Shown piece after piece: positions 19,772-28,110 of a stretch of DNA of 64,000 nucleotides. Position 1 is the first letter of the stretch, and every line of letters starts with the position of its first letter. The stretch is from the NCBI GenBank assembly GCA_029288895.1, contig JARIGK010000004.1, forward strand, positions 13,621 through 77,620. The letters are read 5' to 3'. The position numbers and the translations under genes were made by a program. The DNA comes from Candidatus Adlerbacteria bacterium (lineage in GTDB: Bacteria; Patescibacteriota; Minisyncoccia; Phycocordibacterales; SBAW01). The notes under the pieces are model-generated. The model was not told where the DNA came from, ran no database searches, and worked only from the letters and a program-made list of their open reading frames with translations.

Positions 19772-20429
19772 CTTGGGTCACCTGCAGCGGTTTTTCCAGC
19801 TCGCCTGGGTTAAAGAGTTTGTAGAACAACTCAATAATTTCTTCTGTACCAAGCGAAACGATACGCACGCCGGTGCGCACCAAGCCCTGTTCAATCACAG
19901 ACATGCGTTGCTCAAGCTGCGTTCGGTATTCTTCGAACTGTTCATCCGTGAGTGCCGAGTTATTACTTGCGTTCTTTGATGGGATAAATGTTGAGAGTGC
20001 ACCGGCGACCCCCTTTCCTCGCCCGATAAGCGCTGGGTCATATGGTACGACGATAAAGAAATTTTTTGTCATGATGTTCGAACGTGCAGTAAAGTCTTTG
20101 ATGAAGGCGATATACTCGCGGATTTGGATTTTCATCAAGTCGTCGAGTTCGGCAGCGTAACGCTCTTCGAGCAATGCAATGTAGGGGCGGATATCCAAAT
20201 CGCGGCTTTCGATAAAAAACTGCACCGAAAACTCGAGTGAGTTGAGAAAGTTCTGGAACTGGCCAATGATGGCGCTTTGTTCGTCTTGTGACTTCAATGC
20301 CAAGTTAATCGACGATGCCATCATAAGCGAGCGCAAAGAACCATCCTTTAAAATAACAACGCCGCCGCGTACTTCTTGGATGGGTACAAACTCCTGTGTT
20401 GCTTGTGCTTTTGCGCTTTCGTTAGCCAT
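19761..20429 (-). CDS. VirB4-family N-terminal fragment (222 aa) in a different frame, overlapping the ATPase ORF by 11 nt
   Basis: VPIQEVRGGVVILKDGSLRSLMMASSINLALKSQDEQSAIIGQFQNFLNSL resembles the extreme N-terminus of Gram-positive VirB4 homologues (Tn916 Orf16 / PrgJ type). Confidence 0.6.
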   Translation of the reverse strand: MANESAKAQATQEFVPIQEVRGGVVILKDGSLRSLMMASSINLALKSQDEQSAIIGQFQNFLNSLEFSVQFFIESRDLDIRPYIALLEERYAAELDDLMKIQIREYIAFIKDFTARSNIMTKNFFIVVPYDPALIGRGKGVAGALSTFIPSKNASNNSALTDEQFEEYRTQLEQRMSVIEQGLVRTGVRIVSLGTEEIIELFYKLFNPGELEKPLQVTQVAR

Positions 20430-20433
20430 ACAT

Positions 20434-20856
20434 CTAGATAGAACTCTTTTCCTTTATATTGAGCGACCAGGCCAAGTCTTTGAGCCTACTGTCAGAAAGT
20501 TTGGGCACCCCAACCATTGGGCCAGACTGGCTAGACATAGATTGAGTGGGGATGGTGGGCATGGCAGGCGCAGAGGGGGTTTTTTGCTTCCATAGATAGA
20601 GTTTGCTGCCTACATAGTAGCCAAATGCATGTTCGACCGCGTTGATAAACGGGCGGCCGTTTACTTCGTAGAATGCGAGCGCGAGCGAGAACCCGACAAC
20701 GGGCACACCTAAGAGTATAGTCAGATAGATAGGTAAAAAGGTGAAGAAGACGAGGCACAACCCACCTGCGCCTGCCAAATAGATAAATTGCTTGAGCGTC
20801 AACGGCCCAAATATTTTATCTTCAACTTCGATAAATTGAGGAACCTGATACCGCAT
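20434..20856 (-). CDS. PrgI-like (VirB3-analogous) small T4SS membrane protein
   Basis: MRYQVPQFIEVEDKIFGPLTLKQFIYLAGAGG... followed by two TM helices, the PrgI-family signature. Sits immediately upstream of VirB4, as in Gram-positive conjugation loci. Confidence 0.55.
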   Translation of the reverse strand: MRYQVPQFIEVEDKIFGPLTLKQFIYLAGAGGLCLVFFTFLPIYLTILLGVPVVGFSLALAFYEVNGRPFINAVEHAFGYYVGSKLYLWKQKTPSAPAMPTIPTQSMSSQSGPMVGVPKLSDSRLKDLAWSLNIKEKSSI

Positions 20857-20878
20857 TCCTCTTTAGTATATAGCACTT

Positions 20879-21565
20879 CTACTCTACCGGTTCGCGATAC
20901 GGGTCGCTTTTGTAGATTGGTTTTGGTGCGCCAGGTGCTTGCCCTGCGGGTGCAGGCGGCGGTACGGCAACAGTAGGCTGCGTAAGAGCCGTTTCAACTG
21001 CTGGCATACTTGGTGCTTTTGGTGCGACGGGTGCTGCCGGCATAGGTGTTGGCGGAATTGTCGTTGGCGTTACGGAAATCGGTGCTGGGGCAACAGGTTT
21101 TGGAGCAGGAGTTGGTGCAGTAGCCGGGACTGTAGGTGCAGCAATAGGCGTTTGAGGTATAACCCGAACAGGAATTTTATTCACTGCTGGAGTTGAAGCG
21201 GCCACTGATGCTGGGGTGGCAATAGGTGCCGCAGTAGGTGGCGGCGTAGATCCAACCTTCTTGAGCGATTCACGAATCTTAATAAAAAGTTCGTTATTAA
21301 TATCTTGTGCTATTGCCTCAGCCTTTGGTTGTTCCACGGACAAAGCGTCAACGAGTTCTTGTACAAATTCACTCGGTTCGGTTAGACCAATCATAACCGC
21401 CGCTGTCTCAGATTCGAGCGCACCGATTTGGTCCACATGCAGCTGATATTTTTGCCCAATAGAGTGTATAACTGCGCCCATATCAGCACTGTATACAAGT
21501 GCTTTAATGTCTGCAGGGAGCGCGTCCATTCGCTTTTGTATTTCGTCTGTATAGTAGTCACTCAT
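20879..21565 (-). CDS. hypothetical protein with Pro/Ala/Thr-rich C-terminal half
   Basis: 228 aa with a structured N-terminus and a PT/PA-rich linker-like C-terminus. Confidence 0.45.
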   Translation of the reverse strand: MSDYYTDEIQKRMDALPADIKALVYSADMGAVIHSIGQKYQLHVDQIGALESETAAVMIGLTEPSEFVQELVDALSVEQPKAEAIAQDINNELFIKIRESLKKVGSTPPPTAAPIATPASVAASTPAVNKIPVRVIPQTPIAAPTVPATAPTPAPKPVAPAPISVTPTTIPPTPMPAAPVAPKAPSMPAVETALTQPTVAVPPPAPAGQAPGAPKPIYKSDPYREPVE

Positions 21566-21574
21566 ACATGTATT

Positions 21575-23794
21575 CTAACTCGGCCTTTTAATAGTAGTCT
21601 TAAATGCTGCCGGGGCTTCAACCCCACCCACTTTTTCAGGGACGTTCTTCATCTTTTCTATGAGCTTCTCAAGCTCAGATGTTGCTTTATTCAACTGTTT
21701 TGCTTGTTCGCCGGCCTTTGTTCTTTCAGCCTTGCCGCCAGGTCTGTCATCTCTTGTGCGATCATCGCGGATTTCTTCCAATTCTTCTTTCTTAGAGTCA
21801 ATCTGTTTCTTCATGCTTTCTGCTTCCTGAAGTGTAATAGTCACCGTTGCCCCTTCAGGTTGAGAGAACTTGTGCATCATAGGAAGCTGGGTTGCAATGT
21901 CACCCATACCTTTCTTGTCTTTGAGTACGTCATAAAGTTTACCAATATTTGCAAGGTGTTTATCAGATTCGTTCTTCGGTGATTTGCTGTTTTCTTCTTG
22001 CCATTTGCGGGTGATATTTTCCATTGCCTGCTTTGTCTGCAAACCACTTTCCTTGATAGCTTTGAGCTGACCCTCAGACACCTGTTTAATGATGTTTTCA
22101 ATATCCTTTTGGTTGAATGTAGCAAGAACCTTGCCGTCAATCTCAGAGGTACGTTTTGCAAGTATGGCATGTTCGGTTTTGAGGTCGGCCATTGTTTTGC
22201 CTTCCTCACGAACAACAGAGGCCATCTTTTCTCGAAGTGCATCGCGCTCTCGTTCTTCGTCTGCAGTAAGGGGACGATCAGTAATACTCTCAATGCCCTG
22301 AAGTTTCTTTTCGCTGCCGATGTAATTCTCAAGTACACCGAGGCGTTTGGTATTTTTCTTAGCAGCAATTTTCTTGAGGTTACCGTCACGCTCATCAAAG
22401 TTCTCCTTACGAACTTTTTCGATCTCTTTATATTGTTTGCCGCCGAATACTGAAGATTTTGCTGCTGCACCAATTGTATTTCTGCGTGCGGCAGCGCCGA
22501 GATACGTGTTGAGCAAAGGCACACTCTTTGCTTTATCGTTGAGTTTGTTAACACCATACCCTACCGTGCGGTTACGAGTCCATGATGCTGCGCCCCCCAC
22601 TTTGCCACCAGCCCAACTTACAGCGCTATGTGCGAGGCCGCTCCCCATTTCGCTGAAAGCGTCCGATTTTTTTACGGCATAGTACAAAAGCACTACCACC
22701 AAGCCAACGCGGATACCAACGTTTGCTATCAATGAGAAAACATCCATCGTACTGCCGTTCTTCTGCGCTTGATTGAAAATGCTTGGAAGTAGACCATTTG
22801 CGCCTGCGCTGAACCCCTTCAAGAACAGTGTCATGATGTAGAACAAGAAGAGGAAGACGGCCGGGTAGAATGCTGACGCTATAAGATTGTCTTGCCACTG
22901 AGCATAGTATGCACGGTATTTTTTGCCGCTATGCGTCTCTGGTATTGCGTATGCAATAAAAGCTAGTGGCGAAGCAATTATCGTTATCCATAACACGACG
23001 ACACGTATGAGGAGTCGTACTCCGACAATAAGGAATGAGAATGCGAGTAGTGCAAGGAAGATACCAACTGCGAGATATATAGCGACTTGCCCTCCAAGGC
23101 GCTGGAAAAAACTACTTTTGTCGCGCCAATCTTTGAATGAGTCAGTACCCATAAGAGTTTGGATGCCGACTGAATCCATTAAGCCGCTTGTTAGATCCTT
23201 GACGTAGGTAGGCGATTTCCCATTTAGTGGTGATGCGACCGTGGCTGATATGGGCAACGCGTTGTAGAACTGCACCGCTAAAATATTACCCGCGTCTATC
23301 ACGACACGCGTAAAGAAGAAACTGAAGTTTATCAGCAACGCCATAACAACAACACCCGCAAGCATGCGCATCGTGCCCGCGGTCTCGGCCTCCATGATGA
23401 TGGTGTAGGCGATATATATAAGGATGAATATGAACCCAAGGTTTGCTATGTCGCGCACAACGGCCCACCCTTGGCTTAAGAAGTCGAGTGCATACGAAGC
23501 GCTATTAAGGCCAAGTTGTAAAGCAAAGTTAAGTAAGTACCCAGCCGCATTTGCTATGACAGTGGGGATATACACCGCAAAAAGGTAGACAATGTTACTA
23601 ATGCATAGGTCAAAGTTGCTCGTAAGGCCGCATCCCAAGTCTTCTGCGTGTGCAACCGCAGCTTGCCCGGTAGTGAGTTGGACTGGTGCGAAGGCGACGC
23701 CAAAAAGCACAAGCGCCAACGCAACCCCCGCAACTATTTTTTTCTTACTAGTGGACAGCATGGCATTGTGTGAGCGACGCGGACGTTTGCGCAT
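21575..23794 (-). CDS. VirB6/TrbL-like polytopic membrane protein with a long C-terminal coiled-coil/charged domain
   Basis: About 7 TM helices in the first about 400 aa and a Lys/Glu-rich coiled-coil tail. Size and position are consistent with VirB6 analogues. The start may be at MLSTSKK (23761). Confidence 0.5.
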   Translation of the reverse strand: MRKRPRRSHNAMLSTSKKKIVAGVALALVLFGVAFAPVQLTTGQAAVAHAEDLGCGLTSNFDLCISNIVYLFAVYIPTVIANAAGYLLNFALQLGLNSASYALDFLSQGWAVVRDIANLGFIFILIYIAYTIIMEAETAGTMRMLAGVVVMALLINFSFFFTRVVIDAGNILAVQFYNALPISATVASPLNGKSPTYVKDLTSGLMDSVGIQTLMGTDSFKDWRDKSSFFQRLGGQVAIYLAVGIFLALLAFSFLIVGVRLLIRVVVLWITIIASPLAFIAYAIPETHSGKKYRAYYAQWQDNLIASAFYPAVFLFLFYIMTLFLKGFSAGANGLLPSIFNQAQKNGSTMDVFSLIANVGIRVGLVVVLLYYAVKKSDAFSEMGSGLAHSAVSWAGGKVGGAASWTRNRTVGYGVNKLNDKAKSVPLLNTYLGAAARRNTIGAAAKSSVFGGKQYKEIEKVRKENFDERDGNLKKIAAKKNTKRLGVLENYIGSEKKLQGIESITDRPLTADEERERDALREKMASVVREEGKTMADLKTEHAILAKRTSEIDGKVLATFNQKDIENIIKQVSEGQLKAIKESGLQTKQAMENITRKWQEENSKSPKNESDKHLANIGKLYDVLKDKKGMGDIATQLPMMHKFSQPEGATVTITLQEAESMKKQIDSKKEELEEIRDDRTRDDRPGGKAERTKAGEQAKQLNKATSELEKLIEKMKNVPEKVGGVEAPAAFKTTIKRPS

Positions 23795-25841
23795 TAAGTG
23801 ACGACATCTGGGCCTGGAGTGTAGTGCGATTTTGCTGGGCGTTTACTACATCGGTTTGCGAAACTAGTTTTCCTGACACTTTTGCTGAATTGTAATCGCT
23901 CTGCACAGCACTCACATCCGAAGCAGAGCCAACAGAGAGTGCACGGTTTTGTAGAGATTCGAGCAAGACGATTGCGTTATTTGCGAGCGTGATGCGGTTA
24001 TTGTATGAATCGACCAACATATTGAGCGAGGCAATGGTGCTTGATGCCTGTCCGGCGCTTGATGCAGCGGTGCCAGCCGATGATGAGCTCGACGCAACCC
24101 CGCTCCAGCAGTTGAAGAGGTCGTTAAGTTGGCTTTGTGTGCTTTGGATGTCCTGGATACTCCCCTGCTGTATTGTTGCGTACGAAACAGCATTGTTCGT
24201 GTCTTGCTGCATTTGTGTCACAAGGCCTTGTCCTTGTTCTTGCGACTGTAATTGGTCGGTGCTGTAGAAGTTGCTTGCATAACCATCAGCACCGCTCAAG
24301 GTTGAGAGGCCGCTTTGGAGTGTGCGCGTCATAAGCTGGTTAATGAGCGCGCTGATAATTTCGTCAAAGCTCTTTGCAAGCCCAATTTGGTCGAGTGTGC
24401 TTTTTTCTGTTGCGCCGAGCGAATCTGCAATAACGCGGCCAGGGGTTGTCGTCACCCAATCACATACAGTGTAGGTACCGTTGCCATTGTCTTTTGAGGA
24501 TTTATTTGGAGACGTGTTTGCAGCTGTAGCATTCGGGTTGCAGTTTTGCTTTTTCTGGAAGGAGAGGAAGCCAGAGCCTTGCAACAAGTCGGTCTGGACT
24601 TGATTCTGAGCTTTTGTTGCAGCAGTTTGGAGGCCAATAGAGCCATAGACGAACGCGCCGTACGGGTTATTTGTTGGAACGGTCGTAAATTGGATAAAGG
24701 CTGGCCATCCACCCGCGGTACTAAACGTTCCGCGCATGAAGTTGTTGATATTTTTTGTGACTTGCGTCAGGGTACAAGAATTGGCATTTCGTTGCGCATA
24801 ACTTTGCGCGATAGCAATACGGATTTGCAATTGGAATGGGCTGCAGAGGAAGGAGAGAGCGCTGCTTTGGATGTAATTGCCTGCGACCACATCGGCAGTT
24901 TGCTGAATGAATTTTGATGGGTTTTGCACGAACGAAGGTGAGCCATTAAAACCAGAGTTGATCCAGTTGACGACGCTTGCGGTTATTTGCTGCAACATAA
25001 TCTTTGCGATGTTGCGCGCCATACAGCCAAGGAACTGGTCAATCGTCTGCTGGCCTGTTTGATTGCCATTGGCGCGTGCGATTTCTCCCGACAACAAGCT
25101 TGTGCCGATTTGGAAACGGATATTTTCAGTCAAATCAACAGTTGATACGCTTCTCACGACTTCTTCTGCCAGCAATGTATCGGCTGCTTTTTGTGCGGCA
25201 ACTTGTTTTGCAGTGCCTTCAGTAAAGCCCAATGCTTGTGCTGCGAGTTGGATGGCTGGCACAATGGCGCACGTTACGACGCCAACACCGGCAGCGGCCC
25301 CTATAGAGCCAAGCGCCGAACCGCCTCCCCCACCTGTTTGTTGTCCAAAATTGTTTACACCGATATTGGGTACTCCGTCTGGTCCACCGTTACCTGATGG
25401 GTTTGACTGTGCAATTTGATTGATTGCCGTTGGGTTAAAAACGGTGCCGGGCCCACTTGTACTTCCACCTGTAGTGCCGCCTGGTGTGCCCGAAAGCCAA
25501 ATAACGCCAGGCACGCCAACTTCGCCCTGTGGCTCCGTTATAGCCGGGACGCCTCCAACAGCAAGAGTTCCTTGTCCATTTGTATTCCCTACCGTGCCCA
25601 AGTCGACATTGGTTTGCGCGCTTGCGGTTTGGTCTTGGCCAGGCAATTGTGTTGCGCCATTGGTTTGGTCGTTCGTGCCTCCAGTGTCCCCTTGAGTTTG
25701 GCCAGCGTTCTGGGCCGTACCAAATGTCCCCGTTGTTTGTTTGACCGCACTCTCGCGTTGCAAGAACCACCACCACAACAGCACAAAGAGCAGTACAACT
25801 GCGAGTGCTATGAGGATCATGTAGAGTACCTTTCTGTTCAT
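23748..25841 (-). CDS. large secreted/TM-anchored low-complexity protein (697 aa; Gly/Thr/Gln/Ser/Asn-rich)
   Basis: N-terminal TM anchor MNRKVLYMILIALAVVLLFVLLWWWF and long G/T/Q-rich tracts. Candidate surface or adhesin component of the T4SS-like locus. Confidence 0.5.
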   Translation of the reverse strand: MNRKVLYMILIALAVVLLFVLLWWWFLQRESAVKQTTGTFGTAQNAGQTQGDTGGTNDQTNGATQLPGQDQTASAQTNVDLGTVGNTNGQGTLAVGGVPAITEPQGEVGVPGVIWLSGTPGGTTGGSTSGPGTVFNPTAINQIAQSNPSGNGGPDGVPNIGVNNFGQQTGGGGGSALGSIGAAAGVGVVTCAIVPAIQLAAQALGFTEGTAKQVAAQKAADTLLAEEVVRSVSTVDLTENIRFQIGTSLLSGEIARANGNQTGQQTIDQFLGCMARNIAKIMLQQITASVVNWINSGFNGSPSFVQNPSKFIQQTADVVAGNYIQSSALSFLCSPFQLQIRIAIAQSYAQRNANSCTLTQVTKNINNFMRGTFSTAGGWPAFIQFTTVPTNNPYGAFVYGSIGLQTAATKAQNQVQTDLLQGSGFLSFQKKQNCNPNATAANTSPNKSSKDNGNGTYTVCDWVTTTPGRVIADSLGATEKSTLDQIGLAKSFDEIISALINQLMTRTLQSGLSTLSGADGYASNFYSTDQLQSQEQGQGLVTQMQQDTNNAVSYATIQQGSIQDIQSTQSQLNDLFNCWSGVASSSSSAGTAASSAGQASSTIASLNMLVDSYNNRITLANNAIVLLESLQNRALSVGSASDVSAVQSDYNSAKVSGKLVSQTDVVNAQQNRTTLQAQMSSLNAQTSASLTQCHAVH

Positions 25842-26734
25842 TATTGTTGTGCTTGCAACAGCAAACTCCAGGTATTACCTGGTTCGTCCGTTGTAAAAAG
25901 TATATCGTTTTTATTGAGTGCCTGAGCGATATTTATAAACATCTGCCCCGCATCTTGTGAGATGGTGCGATATTGCTGCAGGGCTGCAAAGGCGCCAAGC
26001 GGGTCACCTGCAATATTTTCCATCCCGTCATAGGTTGCAGCCATCTTTGCGTAATCATTGATAAGTTCAAGATGGAACGGTTCCAGTGTTTTAGGTACTG
26101 GAGTAGCTGCAAGTTTTGTCGCCAATAACACATACTTTTTTTGTATCGTTCCGAGTAGCGGGAGTTTGTCTGAACCTGTGCCATCCGTTGCGGCGTTCAT
26201 GATGAGCAATGTTTTTGCAAATTCTTGGTCAGAATTTTTTATAAAAATATCCATGGTTGCATTGCCGTACGCATGTAAATTGGCAGAACTATTGTCCGCA
26301 AGGGTGAGATCTGCCACGGTGTACGTTTTTTCTGGTGCAACAGCATCAACTTGCGAAACAGCAGTCCTCACAAGCTTTTCTTGTGTTGGGATATCATCGC
26401 CCAACCCTTGGCTTTTCATGGTTATAAGGTTTGCCAAGAGGCCGCGGGATACGGCATCAGTTAAGTTGCCACTTTTCGCAGCTTGAATAAGCCCATCAAG
26501 ATTGCTTTGGTCGTTCGACGCGTCAGTTGTTGATGCGTCCGAAGTGCCCTGTACAGCAGTAAGCGACGCTTCCCAATTAGTGGCGCTTACAGATGTGTTT
26601 GTATCAACCCCAACTTGGGCAATGGGGTGAGGTTTTGTGGTGTAGTCGGCGAGGAAGACAAGCCCGATCGATAGTACGAGTGAAGCTGCGATGAGGATAA
26701 ATTGCCTGCTTGGCAGGTAGGTGCGAGCGTCCAT
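25841..26734 (-). CDS. TM-anchored hypothetical protein, first gene of the T4SS-like operon
   Basis: 297 aa with an N-terminal TM. Its stop overlaps the start of the next gene. Confidence 0.5.
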   Translation of the reverse strand: MDARTYLPSRQFILIAASLVLSIGLVFLADYTTKPHPIAQVGVDTNTSVSATNWEASLTAVQGTSDASTTDASNDQSNLDGLIQAAKSGNLTDAVSRGLLANLITMKSQGLGDDIPTQEKLVRTAVSQVDAVAPEKTYTVADLTLADNSSANLHAYGNATMDIFIKNSDQEFAKTLLIMNAATDGTGSDKLPLLGTIQKKYVLLATKLAATPVPKTLEPFHLELINDYAKMAATYDGMENIAGDPLGAFAALQQYRTISQDAGQMFINIAQALNKNDILFTTDEPGNTWSLLLQAQQ

Positions 26735-26779
26735 TACCCCAAGTATACCGTCGTTTCGAAGGTGTACTATTGTATATAT

Positions 26780-27332
26780 GAAGTATCGAGGTATCTTCCT
26801 TCTGTGTTTGATGGTAGTTGGTACATGGAGCGTGCCTGGGGCAGCTTCCGCGAGCGTTTTTCTTTCCGCTGGTGGGTATGTTGTTGGCCCGGTTGGTGCG
26901 TGTCTCCAGCTTGATGGCGGCGTTGGGCTCCTATTCCACCTTATACCCGATGGTCGCGTTGTTCCTCTTGTCCCGCCTGACTATATATGGAGTCCCACAA
27001 CCATAACGGTTCCTATACCTGAACGCCCTCCGGTCATCGGACAGCAGGTACTGGGCCTTGTATACCCTAACTTTTTGCAGGGTATATGTATTAAAAGCAC
27101 GTTTCCATTCGTAGCTGTTGGAGGCTGGAAGTTCGTATATATGGGAGAAAGTCTTGTACCAGCCCCGCCTGGCGCTGGGTTGGCGGCAGCTTCAGCAGCA
27201 ATAGGCGCTTCTGCAGGTGTGACTGCTGGGGCTACTGCAGCCTCGAGTGCAAGCACTGCCGCTATTACAGCTGCAACTGCGGCAATAGGGGCGGCCCTTA
27301 TTATAGGTGCAGCCTCAATCGGCAAAAAATAA
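26780..27332 (+). CDS. secreted protein with Ala/Thr-rich hydrophobic C-terminal tail (184 aa)
   Basis: Signal peptide MKYRGIFLLCLMVVGTWSVPGAASA and C-terminus AAITAATAAIGAALIIGAASIGKK. Divergent from the T4SS operon. In frame within track ORF 26721..27332. Confidence 0.45.
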
Positions 27333-28109
27333 TTAACCTGCAAGTCCCAACCACTTCTCGAGCGGTACATCTTCGGCACGGGCGGTGTCAGAGATATCCA
27401 CATCTCTGAAGCGTTCAGCAACGTCTTTGCCGAGCACGGGCTCCAAATTTCGCTTCAGTAATTTTCGTTTTTGGCCAAAGCCGGCTTTTACAACCTCAAA
27501 GAATTTTTCTTCGTGTGCGGCATTTTTAAAATTCTTTTTCGACACATTCGCCACGAGCAAAATTGCCGAGTCGACATTGGGTGCAGGGGCAAATGCGCCA
27601 CGCGGCACGGTCTTTACATACTTCACATCGCCGTACGCTTTTACCGACAGCGAGAGGATGCTTTCTTTTTTTTCGCGTGCGATGCGTTCAGCAACTTCTT
27701 TTTGCATCAAGAACACGAGTGTCTGCGGCTGGCGTTCTTCCGACAAAAACTTTTTCAGTAAGGCCCCCGTGATGTAGTACGGAATGTTTGCGACAAGTTT
27801 GTATGGCTTCTTCCCTACCACTGCCTCAGTGTCTACTTCGAGCGCGTCGGCTTCCAAGACAGTAAGGCGTTTCTCTCGAATCTCTTTTGTAAACGTTACT
27901 TCAAGTATTGGAATGAGACGATGATCTTTTTCGACTGCGACAACATATGCGCCGCGTGCGAGTAATTCTTCGGTGAGTGCGCCTTCGCCCGGGCCAATTT
28001 CAAGTACTACGTCCCCTTCCTTCACATCCGCAGCGTCAGCGATGGCGCGCAAATATGCGGTGCTCTTTAAAAAGTTTTGGCCCAGGGATTTCTTTTTTTG
28101 CAGCGCCAT
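27333..28109 (-). CDS. rsmA: 16S rRNA (adenine1518/1519-N6)-dimethyltransferase RsmA/KsgA
   Basis: SLGQNFL motif, SAM-binding EIGPGxGALT and NIPY motif. Start at MALQKKK (28109), adjacent to the pcrA stop. Confidence 0.85.
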   Translation of the reverse strand: MALQKKKSLGQNFLKSTAYLRAIADAADVKEGDVVLEIGPGEGALTEELLARGAYVVAVEKDHRLIPILEVTFTKEIREKRLTVLEADALEVDTEAVVGKKPYKLVANIPYYITGALLKKFLSEERQPQTLVFLMQKEVAERIAREKKESILSLSVKAYGDVKYVKTVPRGAFAPAPNVDSAILLVANVSKKNFKNAAHEEKFFEVVKAGFGQKRKLLKRNLEPVLGKDVAERFRDVDISDTARAEDVPLEKWLGLAG

Positions 28110-28110
28110 A

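Noticed and set aside
26981-27421. Track ORF 26981..27421 (-), Ala-rich 146 aa
   Set aside because: It is the antisense of the GC-rich Ala-codon tract of the plus-strand secreted protein, and it overlaps the ksgA 3' end in another frame.
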